Assembly: GCA_030704615.1 (NCBI GenBank)
Contig: CM060732.1
Coordinates: 8,060,001 to 8,124,000, forward strand
Reading direction: 5' to 3'
DNA: 64,000 bases
Source of the DNA: Takakia lepidozioides
Taxonomy: Eukaryota; Plantae; Bryophyta
The position numbers were made by a program, and so were the translations under genes. The notes beneath the pieces are model-generated. The model did no database searches and had not been told where the DNA came from. It worked only from the letters and a program-made list of their open reading frames with translations. This document shows positions 12,842 through 25,950 of this stretch, one piece after another (the first letter of the stretch is position 1; the number at the start of each line of letters is the position of its first letter).

Positions 12842-15635
12842 TGTCTTGTTTGATGTTGACCATATGAATCTTTGCCACAGCCCCCCTGCGCATTGCCTTG
12901 CTCTCGACACATTCTTTCCTGAAGAGAGCTGCAATGGCACTTGGTTCCTTTGGGGGAAAGTTGAAGTAGTCCAGGGTCCCCATTGAGTAGATTTAGTAAT
13001 GTTCTGGGGTCCTTGCCAATTGCAAGACATCCTTGGATTCTTCTTGTGGTGTCATTGATAACAGTCCTTCTATCAGAACGTGCTCACTTTTCTAATGTTC
13101 TAGTGTGCTGTATCGTGTTTTGTATGGCCCTGCAACACAGTTACGAGGATGTTCCTGTATTGTCCGGAGTACATTGACATTTCCAGTATATAAGCTGTCA
13201 AGTGACAAGCATCCGACGAATCCCACTGGTGATGCTCAGAAATTCCCCCAAATATTTGTGGTGAAAGCCTGCACGGTAGCAGGAAGAAGGGTTTCTTCTC
13301 TTGGGTCTTGGTATGTACTTCGAGAGGGAGAGAGATGAAGGGTGTAATTTAGGAGGGATTCTTCTCTTCTTGTGTGGTCCTAAGTTGTGATATCGTCAAG
13401 AGTTTCCAGAATATGAGCTGCACGATTGGAAAACAATGGTGTCATCCTGGTCCAACAGACGAGTTTGATTGCGAATCCAGCACAATAGTCAAGACAACTC
13501 ACAGGGGCCTTTGACTTCTATCAAGCTTCTCTCCCACTCAAATGTCCTTATTAAACTTTCAAGCAGCTGGACGAAGAGATCTTCTATCTACATATCTACA
13601 AGAATGTGCAGCACCATGCCTTTGTTTTTCATCATTATTAAAAACCCATCTGGTATTCAAAACACTGCTAGTCCTGGTGCCTGTGACCCATAACAACACA
13701 TAGATCACCTCTTTACAGTGAGTACAATCCTTTGGTCCAACTGGAAAGCTGGTCTGAAACGAAACCAACGTTGTCTTCCACGTTTGGGTGAACGAGTCTC
13801 TAAACCTTCGTGCAATGTTGGTCGGAAAGGCAAGTGATAATGATCCCATATGGACTGCTGAAGACACTCCCATTGTTTAGTCAACAGGGTTGTAAGACTA
13901 CCTAGTTTCCTTATCACTCCGCGCCCAAGCAAGTTATTGCTTACACTTTCTACAGCCATGAGGGGAAGTATCTCACATCCAAGTAACGAGTCTCAAGATT
14001 TCGACTGGCACTCTCTCCCACTACCAAACTAGTGGAGGTCCCAGGGCTTTCTTTTTTTCCCGGATTGTCGTTTCTGTTATCACGGTCAAGGGCGATGGTA
14101 GAAGAAATGTAAGGCTTATGAACTTGAGCAATACAATGGCCAATTGCCAGTGTTCCATTGCAACCAGTTTCGACGAAGGAATCTGAAATCATCTTCAGTT
14201 TTAGCACATCAAGCGGACCACCCAGCTACACATTAGACACAGTTCAGAGCAAAACAGTTGGAAAGAGCGAAACAGCGAAACACGAGAATGACGCCGTCCG
14301 GAAGGAGGGCAGCACGTACTGGACGGACATCCGTCCGGTCGCATGGAACTGGCGTGGTGATCCGGTGGGCCCGCAAGATCTGGACGGACGTTCGTCTGCA
14401 AGAAAGGATATTCCGTAGGAGATCTTGTGGCACAGGTGACGGCGTCATCAACGCGGCATTGGACTACTCAGCGGCGCAGAATCTGCGAACAGCAGATCCC
14501 ACCCACTGCAACTTCCCAGCACCGGCACCTCCAACCCCCACACATTTCCCTCCCCGACTCGTTCCTTCGCTCTGTTCCTCGTACATTCCTCGAATCCCTC
14601 ATCGTATTTGCAGATCAGCACGCGGTTGTCTTGTCAACTCCGTGAGATTTCTGAGCTCAAAACGACCCACGACGCTTCCCAACTGCCATCAAGCTAATCA
14701 CTCAGCCACAACCATCACTAATACGTACTTCCTGCACGACCAGGAGCGCTTTTAGGAAGTCGGTTACACTCTTGACACCACAAAATCCTGAAACTGCAAC
14801 TGATACACAATATCTTACCCTCTCATCAAGATTAGTAAGGTGCTACCATTGGGCACCGATCTGCAAAACCCGGGGGGAAATTTCCATGGATCCCTCAAAG
14901 CTGCTGTGTGATTCATGCATCCACTTACTTCTCAGCAAATCACAAAGATCCTGAGGTGGGTTTGTCTCATAAAGCCGCTGTGTGATCGATCACAAAGCGG
15001 CCTGCTTTACACGGATTCAACTCAGAAACCCTGCGGATTATGTTGAAAAAATTGTAGAGCCCATCTCGCCGTGCTCCTCGAAAGGTCAGACGCTGAAGAT
15101 TGCTCATCTTCGGGACGCGTCGATCCATCCAAATCTGCGAGAACGTGGAGCGCAGTTGCAACCAAAGCGAAGCCGTTACGGTGCACACGCGCGATAGTTA
15201 GTTCGCACATGCGGAGGTTAGAGGCGCTAGTGACCTACCTCCCTATCCTATCCCGGGTGATGTATGGGAGCGTGATAGGAACCCGATTGTTGGAGTGAAA
15301 GGAACATGGTGGGCCTAGCGTAACGCTTGGCTTCACCCGGAGAATGCCAAGGCAATCCACCCGGCCCGCTTGTGGAGCGTGGTTCGACACAAGGGGTGGG
15401 CTTATAAGACCTCTGCACACTACACACCCCTGCGCTTTCTCGGACCTATGCACCTGCCCACGCTGTGCTAGCCTGTCGCTTCTCACATTTTGCTTTCTGT
15501 GGAAGTGTTGATCTTGGAATCCGCAGCGGGAGTTGGAGTTGGCGTCTGGTGAGTGTGTGAAGGTATCGTGGGGCGAAATTGTACTTGGGTCTTGTTATAA
15601 CTGGGATAGAGAGAGGAGACAGAGGGCAAGGAAGG

Positions 15636-16416
15636 ATGGGGATGGAGGAGCGTGCGCACGTACGATACTCAACATTGTCGACACAGGATGACCACCGAGA
15701 TGGGCGTCTGCTACCTGGGCGTCCGACTTCCGTGGAAGACTTGCGTTACCGATTTGAGCTTCCTGAGGAAGTTCCATGGAAGTCCATAGCGCTGGCATTG
15801 TTCTTACTGGCATTTGGGTCTCTGTTTCTTGTTATCTCGCACTTCATCTACACTGAACACATGGGCGGGGACATGTCGCAAGCTTATGGGTTTCTTGTGT
15901 TGGGAGTCCTTCTGTTTCTTCCTGGTGTGTCCATCTTTTCAACTCGATTATTTTGTGAATTATCGTTCTGGCTAGTCGTCTGTTCGACGAGAAGTCTTCG
16001 TCTTCTGCTCTCTTACTCCATTACGCTTGAATTACGTCTTCTTTTCGTTCTTGTGCATTCAGCTATCTCTCTCTCTCTCACACACAGACACGCACTAGCT
16101 TTTACTCGCACGATTGCACGCGGCCGCCATAGCCCTGCAAGGCATTGCCGGTGGACGGCTAGGAGTTTAAATTAGGTTGGGCAATCCCACTAGGACTCAG
16201 TAGAGTGTGGTTAGCAAGTTTAGAGTCAGCACCCGTCTATAGTTATGCAGTGTCAAATGTAGTTGAGCACCGGCGTTCTTCACCATCCAATAACAATTTC
16301 CTGCTAACAATGGGCCTTTCTCTCTGGCGATGACAGGTTTCTATGAGACCAGAATAGCCTACTACTCTTGGCGTGGCTATAAGGGCTACAGTTACTCCCG
16401 CATTCCTGCTTACTGA
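15636..16416 (+). CDS. TMEM230: Transmembrane protein 230-like (DUF872), 2 exons: 15636-15924, 16337-16416
   Basis: VPWKSIALALFLLAFGSLFLV...FLVLGVLLFLPG/FYETRIAYYSWRGYKGYSYSRIPAY* is the characteristic TMEM230/DUF872 C-terminus. Confidence 0.9.
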
Positions 16417-17569
16417 TAGCCTTGCCTCGTCAGGGATGAGCCGCCCAGTTGGTGACGGGCCAAAGGCCTGAAGTGACGCAGAAAGAACCCTCGCTGGGGG
16501 GAAATGGGGCCATTCCCAGCATGAGCTAACAAAACTCACGTGTACTGACAACTTTTCAATGGGAGAGCTTTGGTTGGGGGTACCTGATGGTTTCTTCTAT
16601 GCAATCCCTGAGATCAAGTTCAGTTTGAACTTGGCTACTGTAGTGACCCCGGGAGGTTTTTCTGCACCTGTGGATAAGTTTCACTAGGATAAGACTCCTA
16701 CTGCTTGAACTGTAAAGCTCTAAATGGTCATGTTTAAACAGGTGGAGATCAAATTTTGAGGAGGCTGACAAGAGGGTTCCAAGTTTTCTTCAGTCGGACT
16801 GCTGACATGTTGGGATTTACTGATTTAACCTGTTGGAAAGAGAGACAGATGTTTGACAGAGGTGCGTGTGATTTTGCACAGACATTTTGCATGGGGAAAA
16901 TCTTCACATTTTTTATGTCAGTGGTTATGCTCAACAAGCATTGCAATTATGTCTGAATGTGCATGAGGGAGAGTGATGGTGAAATTCCTTCATAAATCTA
17001 ATGCTGAGAGGTTATAATATCTCCCATTTTCCCTTGTGTGTGCATGACCTAGAGTAGAGATCTGGGTAGTGGTATGCATGTGGAAACAAATCTAGGGCTT
17101 CACTTGACCCAGAGTCAGTCACCTATACTCAATGCCTCTAAGCATGGTGATAGTGAGGTTGAATGTGATTCTCGAATGCTGCTGTCTGGGGTCCAGTTGA
17201 GAGACAGGTTTTTTTTATTGTTGAGACTTTCACAAGAGTTGCTGCACTTATAGAGGACCACTATGACCACTATGACAAAGGTCCAAGTGAATTCACATAA
17301 TGGCTATGTTCTATGGTTTGCTGTTGACTAACCATGACAAGTCTGCTTCAAGAGCATAGGTACTGAAGCACAGAGTCAATGCAGCTCAAGGAAAATGGCT
17401 TCCAGGATGTTCTCGTTTTAAGGGAGCTCCATATGGACCCATGGCTGAACTTTTTCAAGACTTTGTCTCTTGAGGGTAGCATAGGCAGCTTTGGAGAAGG
17501 TCTCCTTTCCCTCCTGTCGTTGCAAGTAATAGTTATTTAACAGATTTGTTGCTTGCCAGAAAGTCCTGT

Positions 17570-19042
17570 TTACTTCTTCTTGGTGGTCTTCCCAAGTGAC
17601 TTGCGAATTACCTTGTAAACTTCATCAGGAGACAGTACGGTGGATACCTGAAAGCAAGGGTAGTGTTAGCTTGCTCTGTCTGAGGAACTCATGCATGGAC
17701 CTAGAAGTGATGGAGATGTACTGGTAGAAGGCCAATTTAGTGGCAGGTAGAAGCCAAAACCTACAATTCCACTTGATCCAATGTGGAGGACTGACTGGAT
17801 TTCTATTCTTTGTTAACCTCATATTATTGCATATGCAACCTGAGTACTTTTTAGCAGTAGATGTGTACTAACTTTCTCAATGTTGGCCATGCGAGCCCAG
17901 AGAGATATAGAGACCCCATCAATTTTCTGCTAGGTTACAAAGCATGTTTTAATTTCAAGATTTGTTGTCCAGTCCACGAAGGTACAATTGAGGTCAGAGT
18001 TGTTGTTGTGATTACCCTCTCCACCATGTCAGGGTTCATCTTTTCATAGAAACTGACAACAGGCATCGTCTGCGCTTCATCGGCCTCGAAGTTTCGTGCA
18101 ATGGTCTTAGGGTGGTTGTCCTTGGGAGCCTTTGGGTCATTAGCCGCCTCACTGTTAAGCTTCTTTTTCCGCACTTCCATCACTTCTTTGGGGCAGTCCA
18201 AGTAGATCACCATCTTGGGCCTTCCCACCTGGACAAATTTCAGCCTTTGGTGAGTGTATAGTAGCACGTTTCTGATCGGTCATGATCATTGTTTGTTATT
18301 TGAGATTGTCTGCATTAGGTCTATGAAACGCCTCATTACTGGGAGGTGCAAATGCAGGGGACTGACCAAGGCGAGATTCCATAAACTCTTCCCTCTTTCT
18401 CTTAGTATACTGGCAACATGTCTGGTCTAAGTACACTAGAAGGAATTGTTGCTGAGTACGAATAAACTTAGCACCTTTTTCTCAAAGCGAGCGATCAGCG
18501 CCTGGGTCTGCTCTGATGCACGAGGAAAACCGTCAATCACGAACCCCTTGCTGTTAACATCTTTATCCATTGCCTTCTTCAATAGCTTTAGTGTATCATC
18601 CAGAGGGAGAGGTTCCCCATCCTTCATCAGATGTTCGCAATTTTCGTCACCTTTACTCTCCTTTTCCATCTCTTCTCTCATCAAGTCGCCTGCAGATAGA
18701 TGTACATATCCGAAGTCCTTTGCAATTTTTGTACACTGGGTGCTTTTGCCACAGCAAGGACCGCCTGCAATGCAGCACAAGTTTTGATGGGTTGGACACT
18801 GTTTCAAAGAATTTACGTACACTTAAACTGCTTGCATAGGAACCGGTGAACATCTTTTCGAGTACAGGGACTCAAATTGAATGTCCATATCCGTTCCCGC
18901 TATTCAGGCTCTGGATCCCTCAGCCAGAGGTGTATCTCGGGTGGATCGCTAACCTCAGGTAAATGAGAAGAGAGTACGTAGAAGGTGCAGGCATACCAAG
19001 GACGAAGACGAGAGGCTTTTTCTTGGAACAACTGCAACCCAT
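17570..19042 (-). CDS. Adenylate/UMP-CMP kinase-like protein with an N-terminal myristoylation/palmitoylation motif. Exons: 19042-18997, 18764-~18475, ~18228-18015, ~17647-17570
   Basis: Spliced MGCSCSKKKPLVFVLG/GPCCGKSTQCTKIAKDFGYVHLSAGDLMREE...GFVIDGFPR.../VGRPKMVIYLDCPKEVM.../VSTVLSPDEVYKVIRKSLGKTTKKK*. HLSAGDL and IDGFPR are short-form AK signatures. Confidence 0.85.
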
Positions 19043-20758
19043 GTTGTTGAATTACTCTACCATTATCCTTCCTCCCATGGCAACCGAACTTCTCATAGGC
19101 TTCAATCCCAGGTTGGACGTCTTTGCAATTAGAAAAGGAGATTAATACGTTTTGAGAGCCCCCAGGAAACACAGAAATTGTTGGAGCTCCGAATCCTTCT
19201 TTCCGATTGTCTTGTGGATGACATTGGTACTCTCTAACTCGCTTAAACAAGCTCCACGCCCAAGTTGAATGCAAGCAATAGGAGGTTTTCTCTGTACAAC
19301 CCAATTTTCCTTCATACTTGAAATGAAATGACTGAAATGTTCTGGCTACACTTCAATTCGAGGATCCGGATCTTGTATCAGTAAGACGCCATTGCAGGCT
19401 TGCATCACTTCTCTCTCAAAAAAATCCTTACTCATCTCCGTGTGATGAGTCTGAAAAAGTCTGAAAATGCACAAGAGGGCAGGTGATCAGAATCCTAGTC
19501 CTGGCACCCAACTTCCTCTCTAAAATGCGGTGTGTCTGCATCCGGGAGAGGGCGCAGAGGTTGCATCGGACTCGAGCGTTTCAACGTGACGTTTCCTTTG
19601 TAAGAGTATCGTAAGGACCCTAAACCCGTGGAAGTGATGTCCTTAATACGAATGTTTGGCTTAAGAACTATACAGGACCCTAAACCCGCACCAAGTTTTT
19701 GGGTTTCTTTTGCTACATTCGGATTTCATGCATGGTGCCTAGTCTTCTGCCTGCACGGTACCTTTCCATGGAACGCTGCCAGGAAAGTTTTGTCCCTGTT
19801 CTGGGCTCTTTCCCTGCTCTCCAACTACCACAAAAAAAGATGAAAAACACAGGCACTGGGAAAAATGGATTTGAATGACGGTGCTGACAAAGCTGTCCAG
19901 GTAGAAGTCTGTATATGCACATCTGAAGTTCATAGTCTCACTCAATGAGAAACATGCACAAGAATTACACGACCCCATTCCCCCCTGGGTTTCTCAGCTA
20001 CCTTGCAAAGAACAAGAACAGATTGTAGGTGGGCACAGTGGGAAACATCCTCAGATTGATACCAAACTTTCAAACACCAAAAAGTATGAGCAGAGTTGGC
20101 AGCTAGGACTTCCATGGTTCTATGCCTTTAGATTTCAGCTGGTGATAGAAACATACACTAATGATTTCTTGAAGCCAACTGAGGGCAAAGAAGTGCATTG
20201 ATCCCACCCATTCTAATCCCGCATCCTTCAATCACCGAGGATAGTCGTTGATACTCCAAACAAAATGCCCTTGAGTGTGTGGTGATTGAGCAAAGTGGGA
20301 ACTCGAGCCTTCCTGAAAAACCAGCACATCTCTGGCACATCAAAACAAGGAGCTAACACCTGTGAATTGGCAATGTAAGAAGCTGCAACAATCCCTGTGG
20401 GACACTCATATGAGTACCCCTGATTACCTCAATTAAGTTCCGTGGTTAAAACTGATGGATACCAAGCGACAGGGTTTTCTCTGGGAGCCTTTGCGTGTGC
20501 AAGAGGCAAAATGCTCATCTGTAGTCCCAGTACACCTGGGATCACTTGTAAAAAATGTGCCCATAACTTGCCTAAGGTCTTACCCTGATTTCTCAGCCGC
20601 AACACGTGCAAAACTTGTTCAGAAACCTCAATCCGACACCCCTACAGTGCAACAAATGATTGAAATATACTAAGATTGCGCCTCTTTCTACTTCTTACAT
20701 GTTATGACTGGGAAGAGAGTGATACTCTTTCTTGCTTACCAACAGATCATTCAACGAT

Positions 20759-20995
20759 TCACATTGAAGTGGACCCATTTGAGCTATGACGATCCGGGGC
20801 TTGTGCTTGTGCTTGCGCCTGGAGAGCTTTCTCCTTCTCAAAGGACTCGACGGCCTCCTGCAGATCATCACTTCCACCCACAGCTTTCATGGTGTACAAG
20901 TACACTGAGGCTACAAAGGTTGTTAAACCGGCGGCCACAAGTAAGTTTCGAGCCTTCTCTCTGTCCATACCAAGCAACTTGCCCGCCCTTGCCAT
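20759..20995 (-). CDS. Small single-TM mitochondrial protein, cytochrome c oxidase assembly factor 3-like (COA3/CCDC56 family)
   Basis: MARAGKLLGMDREKARNLLVAAGLTTFVASVYLYTMKAVGGSDDLQEAVESFE matches the plant COA3-like pattern N..VA.GLT.FV..VY.YTM.AVGG.D.L. Confidence 0.75.
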   Translation of the reverse strand: MARAGKLLGMDREKARNLLVAAGLTTFVASVYLYTMKAVGGSDDLQEAVESFEKEKALQAQAQAQAPDRHSSNGSTSM

Positions 20996-23044
20996 GGCCG
21001 GAGAGACACCGAACAAAGTCACAGAGGAACAACAAAATGCTACAAATCTGGGAAGCCGGTCGAACCTTTACACCCTTACAGTTGCGGGAGATCTTTGATG
21101 CTTCTGGAGAGAACTAGGGCCTCTGGGCAAACAGATCCTGAAAGAAAATTGCCAGAATGTGCTTACTCACATTGTCCGAAGGATCTCATAAAAAAGAATA
21201 TGCTTTTGTCATTCGTCTAGAACTCCCTACTGAGATTGTTTTCTTGAGATCTTCTGGTGCAAGGTGTCGTATACATCCCATGTTATTATCGTGGAAGGAG
21301 AAGTCCAGAGTCCAGAGATGCGGATCTTCCTATGTATTGAATGTCGGGGAGCTATGGTGGGTCTCCTTTTAGGGACAAACCAGCAACACAGCCACTTGTT
21401 CAAGTTGCTTCCCTCCACTCACCCCTATCTGTCAGTTAGAATACTCTCTGTCCCTCTGCCAAGGTGGAACTGGACAAACAATATAACCTTCAGATGGCAT
21501 TATGATTTGAGCGATCTGATCAGTATATTGCTGAGGCGGAGGTCGTATCGTCTGTGGAACTGGGTCCTCTCTATTCGCCTCTCACTGTATGGTGGTCTCC
21601 CAGTGATCTCTTCCTTCTCTTGTTTCAGAGTATCTCTCTTTTTGCTGTCGATAAGGTGATTGTTGGCGCTCAGGACTGTTGAGCGTCGCCAGAACTCCGT
21701 ATTCGTCTGTCAACCTTCTTTCTCTGGCTCTCTCTAGCTCTATGCACAACTACCACGATGGACAACGACCTTTTTACTGAGGGGTGGGTCAGGCTTATGT
21801 TAGTCTTTGGTTTCTTGCACGCATTCAAACCGGGTTTTGCCCTTATGTCACTTTACAGCTGGGTCGGTTTTGATTTCAACAATTTCACAGCAGAATGTCT
21901 CTTGCTTCGGGGGGAGATCCCTTTCATTCTCAAAATGCCAGTAGAGAATGAAAGGATCTCTCACCTTCATTAAGCAAGAGGCATTCTGCTGGAAATGTTG
22001 GAATCAAAACCGACCAGTCCAATGTGGGATCACCTGGGATAATTGCTTCCTGAGTCACCAGGGACTTAATTGTATGTAGCTCTTGCAGAGCTCCGGCCCG
22101 ATGACAGGCATCTGTTCTTCAGGAATATGGAAATGCTGTGATTCATCTTTCCTCGGATTATTGGGTCTGCGACGTGCTGTCAGTTTCTACAGCTTCGTTA
22201 GACGTCAAAGTGAGATAACCGCAGGGCCGATACCCTCCTCTCTCCCATGGATCCTCTCCACATACCATCTAAACCTTCTTCCTCGTTCTCCTCTTCGGAC
22301 GAGCTTCCGGTGGTGATCCCACTCTATGTGAAGGCAATTTCAGGGTCCTTGAGGGGCTTGGTTGAAGCTTGTTGCCCGCAGCCAATAGATGTTATTAAAA
22401 CTTGGTTGCAGTTAGATCACGGGAGAGAGTACAAAGGAATTTCGCACTGTGGCGCAACAATTCTGAAGAGGGAGGGTGTGCGCGCACTGTGGAAAGGGTT
22501 AAACCCTTTTGCAACGCACACTCAAGTATACCCAGCGTATGGGAACTAACGTCATACTGGAGTCGGCATTTGCTGATCCCAAAACTGGGAAGCTCAGTCC
22601 TGCTGGACGTCTGGCTGCGGGTTTTGGCGCTGGCGTTTCGTTATTGTGACCGTTTGAGGTATGGCTGCGTTTTCTCGTGTCATTTCTGGTCCTTACATAG
22701 GCTCTATGTGTAATATCAGTTTCCTACTTCCTAGAAAGAGGCCGGAAGCGATGAGAAAGGAAGAGACGGGGGTGCTCACAGGGCGCTAGGAAGGGGGACG
22801 GGGGTTGGGTGTAGAGGACGCAAGTCCATGCTGTGTGTGGCTTGGAGAATGCTTACCTCCAGATACCATGAAAGGACTCATTCTTGTGGACGAAGCACGT
22901 CGTGGACACTCTCAATTATACCACATGCACACAGATAGAGAGAGAAAAAGACTCAAGAAACAAAAGAATTTTATTATTCCCATGGGAGACAAGGAAAATG
23001 TGAATCACAGAAACCTAATGACTATTAATCAACCTGCCTGAGCA

Positions 23045-23284
23045 TGTTGTTGGGGGTCCTCGTAACTAGGAAACTTGAAATTAACGATAATCAGGCTATG
23101 CAACAGTGTCGTGCGCATACATATCGCTACACAACTACATCGCTGTCCAAAACCATACAACACATGTGCACACCACACACTAGTATACCACTAGTCCACC
23201 ACTAGTCCAGCCACTAGTCCAACCACTAGGCTGCCACTAGTCAGTCGTTGGGTTGCCCACTATGGCAGTCAGTAGTCCACCACA
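23045..23284 (-). repeat. Putative 3' LTR (~240 bp, TG...CA) preceded by a polypurine tract
   Basis: On the minus strand AGGGGGGCGAT (23295-23285) is followed by TGTGG... and the segment ends ...CAACAACA at 23045. No matching 5' LTR was found in the window. Confidence 0.45.
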
Positions 23285-23553
23285 ATCGCCCCCCTAGCTG
23301 GTGCTTAGGTCCCTTTAAGTCCAGGTAGCCACAAGATGTGATAGTGACCGTGGCCTCACTAAGTCCTCCACCACTGTCCCTACTACACTCAAACTCGATA
23401 GATCAAGAGGCCGGGTGCAAGAGTTGCCCCATCGTTAGTCGCCGTCTTGCAACCTGTGAACTTGAACCTGGGATCTCGTGTATTGATTCCTATGAGCTTG
23501 GCCTCCTATGTCTTGTTAGCTGCCTCTAGTCATGTCCACTGCCACTATCCCAA

Positions 23554-23688
23554 GCAATGTGGACACAACCAATTTCCATCAGGAACCTTCTCAAGAGGTG
23601 GTGTCAAACATCCCATATGTCAACCTCTTGAGCATCGATCACACACCAGCATAGTGGCTGCCCCTTTGGCAGAAACACAGAGCATGCA
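23554..23688 (-). pseudogene. PHD finger at the C-terminus of the retrotransposon integrase
   Basis: CMLCVSAKGAATMLVCDRCSRG*HMGCLTPPLEKVPDGNWLCPHC is a C4-H-C3 PHD pattern with one premature stop (TGG to TGA). Confidence 0.85.
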
Positions 23689-24906
23689 CCTCAAACCTGC
23701 AGGTACCACTGCCAAGTTTGGGTCAACTCTGCCATCGACATTGGGAAGGTGACATGACGCACAATTACGCACATGGTCCTTCCAAGTCATGTCATCTTGA
23801 CCCTCCAAGATCAGGACCCCTGAAGGCAACACCTTTCGAACCCTCAGAATAACACACCTTGCAGTAACATCCAGGGTCGTAGAAGCAGTCTGCTGCAAAT
23901 AAACATAGTCACCAGGGCTAAACCTCCGAACCCCCGGACGATATCCTCCACCACGTATAGTGGCATACCTCAACGTATCACGGTGCTGTGTAATGACAAG
24001 GTTATCAAAAGCCATGGGCATGACTTTCTTGAACAACTCTGCACGCTGATCACATGCACGTACCCACACGTCCGGATCGTCGAAGTTAAGGACTTGAGCA
24101 GTGTCCCTACGAATGGCTGCAGGCAAATCCGGCTCTCGGCCAAAGAGAAGGAAATATGGTGAGAAAAAGGCAAGTGATGCTTGTTTGCTGAACCTGTAGC
24201 CCATGGCTAACCAAGGAACCTGAAGATCCCAATCTCCTAGGTGTCCCTTCTGCAAGCCATACTTGCGCAAACCCCTCTTCACCGTCTGAACAACTCTCTC
24301 TGTCAAGCCATCAGCCTCAGGATGATCCCGAGAAGTGGTGCGGTGGTCTATCAAGGCTTTATCACACAAAGCCTGAAACTCTCCCAAGAACTCTTTCCCT
24401 TGGTCCGTGAGTACCTCAGCTGGAGCACCGAATCGGCTAAGCACACGATCCAAGAATGCATACGTAGCCCCCTCACTAGCCTTGTCAGACAATGGAACCA
24501 ACTCAATCCACTTGGAGAAGTGCTCCACCATCACTAACACATATCTGTGGTGACGCATAGTCAGTGGCAACGGTCATGCGAAGTCAAGACTCCACATGTA
24601 GCCCAATCCCATGATTGGTAAATGATGCAACTGTGGTGTATGGGCGTTGAATGAAGCACGCACCCTGTCACACACCATGCACCTAGCCACGAATTGTTGC
24701 ACCTCTGTATGCATACCACGCCACCAATACTGCCCCTGCAGTAAACTGTGAGTGCGTCGCACTCCAAAATGCCCCAACTCCTCATTAACCGTGCACGCTG
24801 TGTGGGGTGAGGCACAATCCTCACCCGACCATCCTCCCATACCCGGAGCAGGTGTATCCCATCCCACTTGAACCTCTTGGCTCGTTGTAGGATCCGATCC
24901 CTCTCC
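23689..24906 (-). pseudogene. Gypsy integrase (H2C2 Zn-binding plus DDE core), frameshifted
   Basis: ELGHFGVRRT...YWWRGM...CMVC, WSLDFA, VMVEHFSKWIELVP, VLTDQGKEF, DHPEADGLTERVVQTVK. Confidence 0.9.
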
Positions 24907-24909
24907 CTG

Positions 24910-25759
24910 CACTACAACAGATCGTAGTAGTTATGACTGCCAAACTGTGGTAGTCATGGTTTTCTTGACTTTAACAATGACTGCACCATGTTTTTATATG
25001 AAATTGACCTCTCGCAGTCGTTCATACGACTGTAGTCATATGAATGACTATCTAAGTAGTCGTCTGTATGACTACATGGCTCCGGAATGGGCGGAAGGCT
25101 AGTCAACGGCAATTGACCAGATTTAGCTCACCATTCATAGTCATTTCCATGACCACAGTGTACATGGATGAGGTTACATAGTCATGATGACTACTGGGGA
25201 TTTTGTAATTTGGTGTGTATAATACAATTAAAACACCATATGATCACATGATTGACTAATGGGTGTATTGGTTAGCAGGTAGTGAACTACAACTCTTATA
25301 GTAAAGAGGTTGCAGGTTCAAACTCCTTTAAGTACAATCAAATGGATAAGATGGCCCTAGGGTTAGTAGGCAAGCTAGGGATAGTACGTGGTACCCTAGA
25401 TGGGCTTCCACGTGGTTTTTTCATTATTATAAAATGCATTATGCCACGTGGCACAATGCGGTGCGACGCGGCGTTTGACATATATTTTTATTTTTTTAGT
25501 TTTAATTTAATTTAATTTAATTTTTTTAATCAATTGCACCTCGCCACGTGACGCGGCAGCGGCGACTGCAGTATGGTATATATGATTGCAGTGAGAGATA
25601 TCACTTGGTTCATCTGACTGTAGTCATCCGGACCGTACCATCCTGTACTCATTGTATTCACTTGGTTTACACGACTTACAGTCATAGAAATCATATGTAC
25701 CGTTTATGACTGCACAATAGTCATATATACAGTCATAAATACCGCGATCTGTTATAGTG
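24910..25759. mobile_element. Non-autonomous CACTA (En/Spm) element, 850 bp, inserted in the Gypsy pol
   Basis: TIRs CACTACAACAGATCG / CGATCTGTTATAGTG and a 3-bp TSD CTG (24907-24909, 25760-25762). Removing it restores the frame ..VTA|RERDRILQRAKRFKWDG. Subterminal atgacta/tagtcat repeats are present. Confidence 0.92.
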
Positions 25760-25950
25760 CTGGCAGTCACAGTGGCTGCCGTGTCTCCAGTGCGGAGATA
25801 ATCCAACACAGCTGAATCCTCGTGTATATCTCTGGCACCACCTGGCTCATCACTAGCCTCAGGGTTCTCAGACACTCCGTCTACAGTCATCTCTGTTGTA
25901 GGTCTTACATGACCTCCCGATGCCAAGATACACAAAAAGACAGATGCATG

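Noticed and set aside
13400-15500. Several overlapping short ORFs between ABCB and TMEM230
   Set aside because: No recognisable motifs or consistent exon chain; this could be UTR or promoter sequence.
22855-22875. TGGTATC PBS-like motif on the minus strand
   Set aside because: Only 7 nt match the Met-tRNA PBS, and it lies downstream of the putative 3' LTR.
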